A stretch of DNA of 64,000 bases from a virus (Duplodnaviria; Heunggongvirae; Uroviricota; Caudoviricetes): IMG/VR virus record IMGVR_UViG_3300038393_002131. One strand, 5' to 3'. The position numbers were made by a program, and so were the translations under genes. Below, piece after piece: positions 24,684-33,835 of the stretch. The stretch's first letter is position 1. Each line of letters opens with the position of its first letter. The notes beneath the pieces were generated by a model. The model was not told where the DNA came from, ran no database searches, and saw only the letters and a list, made by a program, of their open reading frames with translations.

Positions 24684-25837
24684 GCGGCGGCCCTCGCGGG
24701 GGCGGCCGCCTTGGCGGCCTCGCGGGCGGCGGCGGACAGGGCGCGCTTGGCGGCGAGGCGATCCTCGCGCTGCTGGGCGCGCTCCTCGGCGACCGCCGGG
24801 TGGTCGTTCGGGATGACGGCCGCGGACGGGTCGAGCAGACCGAGGTCGATGCACACCTCGACCGGGTTGCCGTCACCGTTGCGGAACTTCCACAGCAACT
24901 CCGCGAGCTCGACGCGGCGGGCCGGGCCCTCGGCGTCGATCTGACGGATGCCGAGGCGCTTGAGCATGCGGGTGAAGTTGCGCTCCATGGTGTCCCACGC
25001 GGTGTGCTCGGGAGTGTCCTCCTGCGGCTGGGGGCCGAGGACCTGCGTGGTGAGCGCGCGGCCGCCGAGGGTCGGGTTGCGCAGCGCCAGGGCGAGCCGG
25101 TCGAGCTTGTCGTGGCACGCCTCCTCGATGATCGTCCACGGGTGCTCAGGCAGCGCCCGGTAGTCGAGGGTGCCGTCCTCGTCGTAGTAGGCGGGCGGGT
25201 AGTAGCCCGCGCGGCGGGCCATGTGCCGGGTCGTGGCGATGCTCATGGGCGTCAGGCCCGGGCCCGGTTCGGCGGGCTTGTCGCCGACCTTGCGGGCGAG
25301 GGCTGCGATGGCGTCGGCGACGCGGCGGTCGATGAGGTTCTGCTCGCCCCGGCCGACGATGGAGATCATCTGGTGCAGGCCAGCCACCGAGTGCTTCTCC
25401 TGCCACCTGAGCCCGTATCCGAGGGCCTGCATCTGCCGGACCATCAGGACGTACGGGGCCGGGTCCACGCGGTGCCGCCCGGCGAGGTCGGCGGGCTTGA
25501 CCGCCATGATGCGTGCCGCTGACCGGCCGCTGAGCCGGAGGGTCTGGCGGGCGCGGGCGATGGTGTTCTGCGACACGCCGGCGACCTTGGCGAGGTGGGC
25601 CTCGGTCACGCCGGGGATGGCGAGGCAGTTGTCGACGTGGGTGAGCACGGCGGCGACCTTCGGCTCGCCGATGGTCTTGGAGTTGATGCCGCGGTTCCGC
25701 AGGGACGTGAGCTGCTTGTTGCGGCGCTGCTTGGCGGCGCGGCAGTCGGTGCAGGCGCAGCCGCGGTGGCGGCCCTTCGGTGTGCCGTGCGGGAAGTCAG
25801 GGTGGTTGACGTCGCGGATGACGGGCGTGCGTGGCAT
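24680..25837 (-). CDS. helix-turn-helix DNA-binding protein (~385 aa)
   Basis: Start at M100 (MPRTPVIRD) with a leader hairpin at ~25855-25875; HTH-like VAGVSQNTIARARQTL; divergent from the sigma-factor operon. Confidence 0.55.
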   Translation of the reverse strand: MPRTPVIRDVNHPDFPHGTPKGRHRGCACTDCRAAKQRRNKQLTSLRNRGINSKTIGEPKVAAVLTHVDNCLAIPGVTEAHLAKVAGVSQNTIARARQTLRLSGRSAARIMAVKPADLAGRHRVDPAPYVLMVRQMQALGYGLRWQEKHSVAGLHQMISIVGRGEQNLIDRRVADAIAALARKVGDKPAEPGPGLTPMSIATTRHMARRAGYYPPAYYDEDGTLDYRALPEHPWTIIEEACHDKLDRLALALRNPTLGGRALTTQVLGPQPQEDTPEHTAWDTMERNFTRMLKRLGIRQIDAEGPARRVELAELLWKFRNGDGNPVEVCIDLGLLDPSAAVIPNDHPAVAEERAQQREDRLAAKRALSAAAREAAKAAAPARAAA

Positions 25838-26119
25838 GGGGATACCCCTCGGAGTGTCGGGGCCCGGGACGCTGTCCGGGCGGGTGGTTCGTGGGGCTGA
25901 CTGTAGTGCCGCACAGTCGCGCAACGCAAGGGTGCCGGGCCCCAGGCCCGTTTCCTGTATCGGGGCAAAATCCCCCAACCTACCCGGACAGGGTTCGCAT
26001 GTAACATTCAGGAAGGACCGGCCGATAGCGGTGCGACCCTCAAGCAGAGCGGGGTTGGTAAGGCGGGTCCTAGCAGTGGTTCCTTCACCCAAACCCCTGA
26101 CTCGGAGCAGTACCAACCC
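25838..26119. promoter_or_regulatory. 282-bp divergent control region between the HTH regulator (minus) and the sigma-factor operon (plus); lower GC and lacks the standard cassette
   Basis: No class-I hairpin before the sigma gene; the minus side has a hairpin at ~25855-25875. Confidence 0.45.
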
Positions 26120-26815
26120 ATGATCCTCGCCCAACGGCGCAAGGCCGGCATGCCCGAAGATGAGGCCCGCCGGGCCGACATCGAAGCCCTAGCACAACGA
26201 GCTGCAGCAGGCTCGGAGGACGCCCTGAGCGACCTGTTCGAGACGCTGCACGACGCGACGTACCGGTTCATCTACCGGCAGGTTCGCAACCCACATCTGG
26301 CCGAGGACCTCGACGGCAAGACGTGGATGAAAATCGTCCACAAGATCAGCACCTACACCACGTCGCCATCCGGGTTCGAGTCGTGGGTCTACACCATCGC
26401 CCGCAACACTGTGCGCGACGAGTTCCGCTCCATGCCCCGCTCCCGTGAGATCCCGACGGCCGACATGCTCTCGGTGGGCATGCCGACCAGCCTCGTCTCG
26501 CAGGACGCCACGCCGGAGGAGACCGCCCTGGACGCCGAGCGCGTCGGCGAGATGCGGGTGGCTATCGCGAAGGCGCTCGAGTCGCTCCCGCCGAACCAGC
26601 GGCGCGCGCTCGTGCTGCGGTTTTTCGACGGGCTCGACGTAGTGCAGGTGGCGTCCGTGATGCAAACGACGCCGTCGAACGTTCGTAATTTACAGAGCCG
26701 TGGTGCACGTCGGCTCGCGTCCCAACTACCCGACCTCCGACTGCTGTCCATGAGGACTGTCGGTGGGGAAAAGGTGATCGCTAATGCCCAAGGAGAACGC
26801 CATGCGACTCGATGA
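26120..26815 (+). CDS. ECF-type sigma-70 family RNA polymerase sigma factor
   Basis: Region-2-like YRFIYRQVRNPHLAEDLDGKTWMKI and region-4 HTH RRALVLRFFDGLDVVQVASVMQTTPSNVRNLQSRGARRL. Confidence 0.85.
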   Translation: MILAQRRKAGMPEDEARRADIEALAQRAAAGSEDALSDLFETLHDATYRFIYRQVRNPHLAEDLDGKTWMKIVHKISTYTTSPSGFESWVYTIARNTVRDEFRSMPRSREIPTADMLSVGMPTSLVSQDATPEETALDAERVGEMRVAIAKALESLPPNQRRALVLRFFDGLDVVQVASVMQTTPSNVRNLQSRGARRLASQLPDLRLLSMRTVGGEKVIANAQGERHATR

Positions 26816-27182
26816 TGAGACGGTTGCCGGCATCCTCGACGGGTCCATCTCCCCTGGCCGGTCCGGGCGGGGTCTGCGTGAGGTCGCCGAGGCCCTGACG
26901 CCTCGCATCGCTCCGCGGGAGGCCCACCGCGCCCAGCTCAAGCACGCCATGCTGCGCGAGTTCCGCCGCCAGAACGCGGCCGCCCTCGTCGACACCCTTG
27001 ACGTCGACGCGTCGGTCGAGACGCGCCCGCTGACGGGGCACGCCCCGGTCGCGTTCGTGTCCGAGGGTGTCCGCATCGACGTCGCTGACCTTGACCCGGT
27101 CGACGCCCGCGAGTCCCTCGACGACCTCGCACTGGTGATCTCGCTCGCTGGCGAGGCCGCGACCCACAAGCGCACCAGGTGA
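26802..27182 (+). CDS. hypothetical protein co-transcribed with the sigma factor (possible anti-sigma or adaptor, ~126 aa)
   Basis: ATG at 26802 with AAGGAG RBS 6 nt upstream; overlaps the sigma gene 3' end in another frame; high-GC3 coding. Confidence 0.45.
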   Translation: MRLDDETVAGILDGSISPGRSGRGLREVAEALTPRIAPREAHRAQLKHAMLREFRRQNAAALVDTLDVDASVETRPLTGHAPVAFVSEGVRIDVADLDPVDARESLDDLALVISLAGEAATHKRTR

Positions 27183-28327
27183 CCGTCCTCGGCCGCAAGT
27201 CGGCCCTCGATGACCTGACCGTCATCGTCAGCCCGGCGGTGAAGCGTGACGCGTACGTCGTGTCCCCGCAGGTCGGCGGCAAGACGCTGGTGCTGCGCAA
27301 GGACCAGACGTTCGAGAACGCCGTCGAGCGGCTGAGTGAGCTGTTCCCGAAGGAGCACGCGGACGACGTGCGCCGGTTCGTGCGCAAGCACATGCCGGAC
27401 GCTCCGACGTTCGACTCGATCCTTGAAGGGACCGCGCCTGCGCCCTCGTGGATGCAGAAGATGGGCGATGACGGCGAGGGCCGGCCCATGACGCGACGGG
27501 CGAAACTGACGACGGCCGCGCTGGTCACGGTGATCGCCGCGGCGTCGCTGGGTGGTGTGGCCGCGGTGCGGTCCATGACGGAGTCGATGTTCGACGACGC
27601 GGCGTTCACGTCCCTGACGAGGGCGGCGCACCTCGAGTGCCGCATCCTCGACTCTGACACCGCCGAGTGCCGCAACCCCGTCAAGGGCACGGTGTGGCGC
27701 GTCCTGGCCGACGAGGGCAACGATGACCTTCCGCCGTCGTACCGGTTCCTGTCCGGGCAGCAGATGGCGGTGATCTACATGTTCCCGTCGGCCGAGGCGC
27801 GGCTGAACTACCCGAACCGGGCCGCGTACGAGCGTGTGTGGGACTACATGACGGCGCGGGACAAGATCATGATCGGCGCGACGGACGCCCCCGTCCTGGC
27901 GGCGCTGGCTGGCGCGGTCGACGAGTCGTTCCTCGACGGTGTCCCGCAGACGCCGGCGACCACGTCGAGGGGGAAGCCGCCGACGATCACCAACCTGCTG
28001 CCAACCCCCACCAAGAGCATCCCCACCGAGAAGCCGTGGCCGACACCGACGGGCGGCTCGCCCACGATGCTGGGCCCGGCCTACGGCGGGTCCTCACCGT
28101 CGCCTGAGCCGTCGTCACCGGACACGGGCACCCCGCAGCCGCCCGGGGCCGTTGACGAGCCAGTGGGCAGCACGGACCCGGATCAGCCGGGCGCGGACCC
28201 GGCGACCCCGGCCCAGCCTGCGACACCTGCCAACCCGCAGCCGTCGGTCAGCGACACGCAGAAGCCGGGGATCGGCGTCCAGCTGCCCGGTGTGTCGATC
28301 ACGCTGCCGCTGTCGATCGGGCTCTGA
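27179..28327 (+). CDS. single-pass membrane protein with Pro/Thr-rich extracytoplasmic C-terminus (382 aa; candidate transmembrane anti-sigma factor)
   Basis: ATGA overlap with the upstream gene; TM helix LTTAALVTVIAAASLGGVAAV at ~118-140; Pro-rich tail. Confidence 0.6.
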   Translation: MTVLGRKSALDDLTVIVSPAVKRDAYVVSPQVGGKTLVLRKDQTFENAVERLSELFPKEHADDVRRFVRKHMPDAPTFDSILEGTAPAPSWMQKMGDDGEGRPMTRRAKLTTAALVTVIAAASLGGVAAVRSMTESMFDDAAFTSLTRAAHLECRILDSDTAECRNPVKGTVWRVLADEGNDDLPPSYRFLSGQQMAVIYMFPSAEARLNYPNRAAYERVWDYMTARDKIMIGATDAPVLAALAGAVDESFLDGVPQTPATTSRGKPPTITNLLPTPTKSIPTEKPWPTPTGGSPTMLGPAYGGSSPSPEPSSPDTGTPQPPGAVDEPVGSTDPDQPGADPATPAQPATPANPQPSVSDTQKPGIGVQLPGVSITLPLSIGL

Positions 28328-28333
28328 ACAGCC

Positions 28334-28365
28334 GAAGGGCCCCCACCGTCTGTGGTGGGGGCCCT
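28334..28365. terminator. bidirectional hairpin terminator between the convergent sigma operon and ssb
   Basis: GAAGGGCCCCCAC-cgtctg-GTGGGGGCCCTTC, perfect 13-bp stem. Confidence 0.6.
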
Positions 28366-28390
28366 TCGTCGTGCTACCCGGCCGGGACGA

Positions 28391-28966
28391 TCAGAACGGG
28401 GGCTCGTCGGAGTAGGCCGCGCCGCCCTGCGCCGGCTGACCCCAGCCGCCGCCCTGCTGGCCGCCCTGAGCCTGCTGGCCCCAGCCGCCGCCGTTGCCCT
28501 GCTGGCCGCCGCCCGTGGCCCACGGGTCGGCGCCGCCGCCGGACTGGCGGTAGCCGCCGGAGCCCTCGCCGTTGCCGAACCCGCCCTGGCCGGACTTGTC
28601 GCGCATGGTCCGGTTGACCTTGGCCGTGGCGCTGCGAAGCGACGGGCCGATCTCGTCCACGTCGAGCTCGACGACGGTGCGCTTCTCGCCTTCCTTCGTC
28701 TCGTACGACCGGGACTTGAGCCGGCCCTGCAGGATGACGCGCATGCCGCGCTGCAGGCTCTCGGCGACATTCTCGGCCGCCTCGCGCCAGACCGAGCAGC
28801 GCATGAACAGCGTCTCGCCGTCCTTCCACTCGTTCGCCTGCTTGTCGAACTGGCGGGGCGTCGAGGCCACCGTGAAGTTCGCGACCGCAGCACCGGAGGG
28901 AGTGAAGCGCAGCTCGGGGTCGGCAGTCAGGTTGCCGATGATCGTGATGACAGTCTCACCGCTCAT
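28391..28966 (-). CDS. ssb: single-stranded DNA-binding protein
   Basis: Start at [13 protein letters not shown]; OB-fold SSB N-terminus; Gly/Gln-rich tail ending DEPPF. Confidence 0.9.
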   Translation of the reverse strand: MSGETVITIIGNLTADPELRFTPSGAAVANFTVASTPRQFDKQANEWKDGETLFMRCSVWREAAENVAESLQRGMRVILQGRLKSRSYETKEGEKRTVVELDVDEIGPSLRSATAKVNRTMRDKSGQGGFGNGEGSGGYRQSGGGADPWATGGGQQGNGGGWGQQAQGGQQGGGWGQPAQGGAAYSDEPPF

Positions 28967-29053
28967 GATGGGTGTTTTCCTTCTCGTTGTGTCGTGCCCC
29001 GGGACGCTTGTCCGAGGCGGTGAGCACACCGTACCGGCGTGCTACGACAGTGG

Positions 29054-29311
29054 CTAGGGTTTCGGTTGCGTGGCGTTCATAGCGCGCTCCACGCGGCTGA
29101 GGATGCGCACGACGTCCCAGCCGAGGAGCGCGATCAAGGCCATGAACCCGGCGACGACGGCCATCGCTTCGGCCCGGTCATCGCGGCCCGCGATCATCGA
29201 CCACACCATCGCGATCAGGAACAGGCCCGTGATCGCCGTGGCTCCCCATGGAAGGAGCCTGCGGTAGAACACCAGCCGGGTCTCGCCGAGGACGCGCTGC
29301 AGTGGTGGCAT
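29054..29311 (-). CDS. small two-helix membrane protein (~86 aa)
   Basis: Start at M27 (MPPLQRV); hydrophobic segments ITGLFLIAMVWSMIAG and AVVAGFMALIALLGW. Confidence 0.45.
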   Translation of the reverse strand: MPPLQRVLGETRLVFYRRLLPWGATAITGLFLIAMVWSMIAGRDDRAEAMAVVAGFMALIALLGWDVVRILSRVERAMNATQPKP

Positions 29312-29454
29312 GGGTGGGTGAGGGTCCTTCCTGTCCGAGCCCGACGCTGCTGGGCTCCCCGAGTTGCACCCACCATCCGGCGGGGCCAACGGTATCCATG
29401 GTAGGTCGCCGCGGGCATTCGGGGTGCTGGTTCGGGCAGACTCGTGCAGCGTGG

Positions 29455-30096
29455 TTACTCGACGACCTCGGCGATGACCTCACCGATGTCGACGGTGTCT
29501 CGGTCTGCGTCAGAACCGATCTGAGCCGGCGTCGCCGCCGCGGCCAGGGCCTCGGCGAGGTTGCCGGTGATCTTGTCGGCCAGCTCGGGGACGTTGACGG
29601 TGACGTCGACCTGCCCGTTGACGTTCTGGTCGACCGTGACCTGCTTGCCGAAGTGGCTGCGCTCCTGCCGTTCGAGCCACCACGCGGCCGCGCGCCAGTC
29701 CGGGGGTGTGCGCTTCTCGGACTTCTCCTCGACGACGTTGCCCTCGGTGTCGCGGTACTTGCGGGTCGTGACCTCGGTGACCTGCCCGCCGACCGCGGAC
29801 TTGCGGATGAGCGCGGCCGAGGTGACGGTGGCGTGCGCGCGGGCCTTGAGGATCTTCTCGTACAGCTCGAGGTACTTCGTCTCGACGGGGTCGGGCTCCT
29901 CCCCCGCCGCTCGGGCGTTCTGCTCGTTGTGGCCGCGGCGCATCCAGTCCTCGAAGGTGCGCTTGGAGATCCCGACGTAGTCGGCGGCCAGGCCCATGGG
30001 AGTGCCGATCTTGGTGGCCTCGATCAGCTTCTCCTCGACGTCGCGGTCGAGGAGGGTGGGGCGGCCGGGTTCCCGGCGCGAACGGCGGCGAGACAT
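29455..30096 (-). CDS. HTH DNA-binding protein (possible terminase small-subunit-like)
   Basis: Basic N-terminus MSRRRSRREPGRP then HTH (LAADYVGISKRTFEDWMRRG); acidic C-terminus; function uncertain. Confidence 0.4.
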   Translation of the reverse strand: MSRRRSRREPGRPTLLDRDVEEKLIEATKIGTPMGLAADYVGISKRTFEDWMRRGHNEQNARAAGEEPDPVETKYLELYEKILKARAHATVTSAALIRKSAVGGQVTEVTTRKYRDTEGNVVEEKSEKRTPPDWRAAAWWLERQERSHFGKQVTVDQNVNGQVDVTVNVPELADKITGNLAEALAAAATPAQIGSDADRDTVDIGEVIAEVVE

Positions 30097-30099
30097 GGG

Positions 30100-30741
30100 T
30101 CAGTCGTCCTTTCCGGGGATGAACTCGTGGTAGCAGTTGGGGCACATGACGATCCGGTCCTTGGCCGGGGTCGGGGTGTCGTCCCCGAGGAGGTCGTCCT
30201 CGTCGTCGTCGACACGGGCTGGCTCGGTGTCGTCGTCGAGGCCGTCGCGGTCCGGGTCGTAGACGCGGAACAGGTCGTCGAGCTCGTCGGCGCCGAAGCC
30301 GATGCCGTCGAACAGGGCCGCGTCGGCGGCGTGCACGTCGTGCAGCATCTCGGCCAGGAGGCGGTCATCCCAGCCGCCGGCGACGACCAGCTGGTTGTGC
30401 AGGATGATGAACGCCTCGGCGTGGGCGTCGCTCTTGGACGACCATCCGCGCTGGATGGGGACGAGCCACTCGCCGTCCTCGTCGATCATGATGCCGTCGG
30501 GGATCTGCTCGCCGCGGGCCTTCATGTCGACGAGGGCCTTCGTGCGGCCGTGGCCGGCGACGAGCCGCTGCGTGCGCTCGTCGAGGATGGCCGCGTCGGC
30601 GAAGCCGTGCTCCTCGATCGAGGCGTTGATGTCCGGATCGGAGTGCTTCTTCGGGTTCCGGAAGGCTGGGGGCACGTCGCAGAGCCGCACGTAGTCGATG
30701 CGGCGCGGTGCCAGGGGAATGCGAGAGGGCTCGGTCACCAC
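30100..30741 (-). CDS. ParB-like nuclease-domain protein
   Basis: DYVRL...NPKKHSD...IEEHGF...LVAGHGRTKAL matches the ParB N-terminal fold; C-terminal CPNC zinc ribbon; start uncertain (GTG ~30741). Confidence 0.6.
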   Translation of the reverse strand: MVTEPSRIPLAPRRIDYVRLCDVPPAFRNPKKHSDPDINASIEEHGFADAAILDERTQRLVAGHGRTKALVDMKARGEQIPDGIMIDEDGEWLVPIQRGWSSKSDAHAEAFIILHNQLVVAGGWDDRLLAEMLHDVHAADAALFDGIGFGADELDDLFRVYDPDRDGLDDDTEPARVDDDEDDLLGDDTPTPAKDRIVMCPNCYHEFIPGKDD

Positions 30742-30936
30742 AGAAACGTGGACGACCGAGCCCTCTTGTGTCGCGTGCTCGTCAGCGGACCCGCAGCGCC
30801 TCACGGGCCGGGCCGGGGCGAGCCGTCTCGTTGCGGCGGAAGATCCACCGCTCCAAGCGGATCCACCACGGCGTCGGCAGCTCGCGCGCCGGACGTGTCG
30901 TGCCGTCGGGCAGTCGCTCGAAGTTCTGCGGCCCGG

Positions 30937-31236
30937 TCACTGCTGGGCGTCCTTGCAGGACGGGTCGGCGACCATGCTGATGGCGCGGGCCTCGCTCTGG
31001 CCGGAACCGACCGTCGAGGTGCTGTAGCGGATGCCATCGACGCAGACGGTGGCGATGTTGCCGTAGCCGTCAGGCATTTCGATGATCGTGACCGGCTTGT
31101 TGATGCGGGGCCCGATGGGGGCGTCCTTGAACGTCTCCTGCGCCTTGTCCATGAAGCCGGACGCCCCGCAGGCTCCGAGGAGCCCGACGGCGGCGGTCAC
31201 GGCGACGAGCGCGGCGGCCGCGCGGCGGCGGGTCAC
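30937..31236 (-). CDS. small lipoprotein (~99 aa)
   Basis: GTG at 31236 overlaps the TGA of the SPFH gene (GTGA); signal peptide with lipobox AAVGLLGACG. Confidence 0.5.
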   Translation of the reverse strand: MTRRRAAAALVAVTAAVGLLGACGASGFMDKAQETFKDAPIGPRINKPVTIIEMPDGYGNIATVCVDGIRYSTSTVGSGQSEARAISMVADPSCKDAQQ

Positions 31237-32138
31237 TTCGCCCCCACGAGGATGCTCGCCCCCGGACCGCCCATGCCGCAGTTGAAGGTGGCCGGGAGCG
31301 GGCCGTTCTTCTGGACGTCCCACGCGTTGACGACCTCGAGGCAGTAGCGGACCTGCGCGGCCGGGGTCAGTGCGCCCTCGCGCTCACGCAGCTTGGCCGT
31401 GTCGGCGTCGATCTTGGCGCGCTCCTGCTCGGCGAGAGCCGTCGCCACGTTGTTGTTCGCGATGACGGTCCGCTCGAGGCTCTTGGCCGTGGCGGCATCG
31501 AGCTGGACGCCCTTGATCGAGACGGAGTCGATGAGGATGCCGTCGTCGACGAGGCGGGCCCCCAGGCCCGTCTTGACCGCGTCGCTGATGGGCCTGATGT
31601 TGGCGCCGGCACGGGCAGCGTTCGGGGCGTACTGGCCGATGACCTCACGGAAGGCGTCCTGAGCCTCGGAGAGCACGAGCGAGTCGCGGACGGTGTCGAA
31701 GGTCTTGTACTTCTTCCAGAGGTCCTCGGCCTTGGCCGGGTTGATGCGCCAGCGGACGACGGCGTTGACGATGCCGTTGCCGCCCGAGCTGTTCTTGTCG
31801 GTGCCGGCGAACGCGACGCTGACGGCGTTGCCCTTGGAGTCGTCGAGGTCGGACAGGTCGAGCGGCTGCGCCAGGGTGGAGAACTCCTCGACCTCGGACC
31901 ATGGCGAGAGCATGTGGGCGCCGGACTGGATGGTGTCGCGGTACTGCCCGAAGGAGGTCTGGATCGCGACGGCGCGAGCATCGACCTTCGTGAAGGACGC
32001 GAAGCCGGTCACGAGGAGCAGGAGGACGAACGCGACGGCGGCGATGGCCGCGGCACCGCCGTTGCGGCCGACGATCGCGACGGCAGTGGTGATGAGCACC
32101 ACGAGCAGCGCGACGACAGCAAAGATCACGTAGAGCAT
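31233..32138 (-). CDS. SPFH/band-7 (stomatin/prohibitin-like) membrane protein
   Basis: Start at M124 (MLYVIFAVVALLVVL TM helix); SPFH-like core (TSFGQYRD...GAHMLSPW) and coiled-coil C-terminus; class-I leader hairpin at ~32165. Confidence 0.65.
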   Translation of the reverse strand: MLYVIFAVVALLVVLITTAVAIVGRNGGAAAIAAVAFVLLLLVTGFASFTKVDARAVAIQTSFGQYRDTIQSGAHMLSPWSEVEEFSTLAQPLDLSDLDDSKGNAVSVAFAGTDKNSSGGNGIVNAVVRWRINPAKAEDLWKKYKTFDTVRDSLVLSEAQDAFREVIGQYAPNAARAGANIRPISDAVKTGLGARLVDDGILIDSVSIKGVQLDAATAKSLERTVIANNNVATALAEQERAKIDADTAKLREREGALTPAAQVRYCLEVVNAWDVQKNGPLPATFNCGMGGPGASILVGAK

Positions 32139-32262
32139 GACGGGTTTGGGTTCCCTTCTCAGGTGTCGGGTGACCGGGACGCTTGTCCGGTCAGTCGCAG
32201 CATAGAGGAAGCCCGCGCGTTGGGGGGTTCCAACGCGCGGGCTCCGGTCGTGTGGGTGTCGT

Positions 32263-32499
32263 TCAGACGTAGGCGTTCTCGCGGCGCCAGTTGCGGGCGT
32301 GGTTCTTCGCGTGGGCCCGGGCCCGGGACACATGCCCGATGTGCCAGTGGTTGCCCCACAGGCACTTGTACGCCCGGAACTTCCCGCCGTACTGCGCGCG
32401 CATCGAGGGGATGCCAGCCGAGGCGTCAGCCTTCGTCTCGTGCTGCTGCTTGCCGAGGCACATCGACTCGAACGACTCGTCGTTGTGGTGGTGGGCCAT
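32263..32499 (-). CDS. small His/Cys-rich protein (78 aa; possible HNH-like metal-binding)
   Basis: MAHHHNDESFESMCLGKQQHE...KCLWGNHWHIGH; leader hairpin at ~32530. Confidence 0.4.
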   Translation of the reverse strand: MAHHHNDESFESMCLGKQQHETKADASAGIPSMRAQYGGKFRAYKCLWGNHWHIGHVSRARAHAKNHARNWRRENAYV

Positions 32500-32631
32500 G
32501 GGTACATCGCTCCTTCGGTGTCGAGCCCGGGACGCTTTCCGGGCTGTTGGGGATGACGGTAGAACGAGCGGGGGGCACCGTCAACGGTTCTCGTCGACGA
32601 CGCCCCCGGCTTGGTTGCGGCACAGGGCCGG

Positions 32632-33636
32632 TCAGGTGCGGGCCTTGATGTAGGCGACCATGTCGTTCCACCGCTGCACGTCGGCGGTGTTCGTCGACAG
32701 GATGCTGGAAAGGTCGTGGCCGCGGTCGGCGGCGACGACGGTCTTGTGCTCCTGGCCCGCCTTCGTCAGCCAGTAGTCGGTGGCGGTGAGCGCGGACACC
32801 GGTTCGACGCCGTCGTTCTCGCCCTTGATCGCGTAGATGGCGGGCTTGTTGGCGCCGTAGTACGTCTCGGGCTTGAAGCTCGTCCACTTGCCGCCGCACA
32901 TCGACCACGTCGGCTCGTAGGAGCAGCCGATGGTGGAGGTCATGTACCCGAAGGACTTGACCATGGTCGGCGTCGACGGGTCGCCGGTGTTGTAGCCGAG
33001 GACGATGTCGGCGGTGCGGTGCGGCTGCAGGACGGCGCCGACAGACGCGGCGACGGTGACGCTGTTGTAGAAGCCAGCGCCGAGGGTCACCAAGTGCCCG
33101 CCGGCCGAGTGGCCGAACGCTGCGACGCGGGTCGAGGATGACCCGAACTGTGCCGCGTTGGTCTTGAGCCACTGGATCGCGAGCTCGGTGTCGATGCGCT
33201 GCGCCGGCCAGCGGTCGCCGGGGTTGACAGTGCCGGAGCCGTCCGGGCGGTACTGGTCGGCGGCGAGGCGGTAGTCGATGTTGTAGACGACGAACCCGGC
33301 TGCGAAGAACTTCTGCGCGACCTGCGTGATGGTCGACTCGGTGCGGTAGGAGTTGTGCCACCAGCCGCCGTGCACGACGACGATCGCGGGGTGGGTGCCG
33401 GGTGCCCAATCGGCGTCGTAGTAGACGTCGCCGACTTGGTCCTCGGGGCTCGAGGTGCCGTACTGGTAGGTGGCGACGGTGGTGCCGTCGCTGAGGGCCT
33501 TGATGATCCGCTTCGGGGAGGTGGCTGTCGGGGTGGCCGCGCCGGTCGCGGGTGCCGTCAGCACGATCGCGGCGACGGTGGCGAGGATAGCGACGAGGGC
33601 CGCGAGGATGGACGTGCGGCGACTTCGAGAGCTCAT
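32632..33636 (-). CDS. secreted alpha/beta-hydrolase esterase/lipase (Tat-type signal)
   Basis: Start re-assigned to MSSRSRRTSILAALVAILATVAA (RR signal) with a leader hairpin at ~33660-33685; HGGG-type oxyanion motif VVHGGWW and nucleophile elbow GHSAGG. Confidence 0.7.
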   Translation of the reverse strand: MSSRSRRTSILAALVAILATVAAIVLTAPATGAATPTATSPKRIIKALSDGTTVATYQYGTSSPEDQVGDVYYDADWAPGTHPAIVVVHGGWWHNSYRTESTITQVAQKFFAAGFVVYNIDYRLAADQYRPDGSGTVNPGDRWPAQRIDTELAIQWLKTNAAQFGSSSTRVAAFGHSAGGHLVTLGAGFYNSVTVAASVGAVLQPHRTADIVLGYNTGDPSTPTMVKSFGYMTSTIGCSYEPTWSMCGGKWTSFKPETYYGANKPAIYAIKGENDGVEPVSALTATDYWLTKAGQEHKTVVAADRGHDLSSILSTNTADVQRWNDMVAYIKART

Positions 33637-33716
33637 GACGTGGGTGTTCTTTCTGCTGGGCGCCCGGGACGGTGAGTGTCCGATTCGGGCGTGGTGGATG
33701 GATTTGAGCATGAAAG

Positions 33717-33808
33717 GGCCCGCAGCTGTCCGCGACCCGCGGGATTTGAACCCGCGCGCCCCTTCGCGGAAAGAGGCATGCCTACCTGGCCGTCAGCTGC
33801 GGGCCCAA
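33717..33808 (-). other. tRNA-like structured element (T-arm-like GGTTCAAATCC hairpin inside a 13-bp stem); not a canonical tRNA
   Basis: Minus-sense CGCGGGTTCAAATCCCGCG hairpin, AGGCATGCCT palindrome and outer GGGCCCGCAGCTG/CAGCTGCGGGCCC stem; no acceptor, D or anticodon arms could be fitted. Confidence 0.3.
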
Positions 33809-33835
33809 TGACGGGGACCTTGGCCGGGTAGGAGT

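Noticed and set aside
24680-25837. Tyrosine or serine integrase
   Set aside because: This is the largest unassigned HTH protein, but it shows no R..H-x-x-R..Y tetrad and no serine-recombinase N-terminal motif. No other candidate is in the window, so the phage may be lytic or the integrase lies outside.
29455-30096. Terminase small subunit
   Set aside because: A basic N-terminus plus HTH is compatible with TerS, but the gene sits in the middle of the early region far from any TerL or portal. It is kept as a generic HTH protein with low confidence.
31233-32507. N-terminal extensions of many track ORFs (e.g. the SPFH ORF from 32507, esterase from 33711, DpdA from 5075, DnaC-like from 36986)
   Set aside because: The extensions are Arg/Pro/Thr-rich and run through the upstream leader hairpin and promoter. 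Internal ATG/GTG codons with an RBS 5-10 nt upstream, often overlapping the previous stop (ATGA/GTGA), give compact proteins, so the starts were moved.
33717-33808. Canonical tRNA gene
   Set aside because: Only a T-arm-like hairpin is present. No 7-bp acceptor stem, D-arm or anticodon arm could be built in either orientation. It is kept only as a tRNA-like or att-type element.
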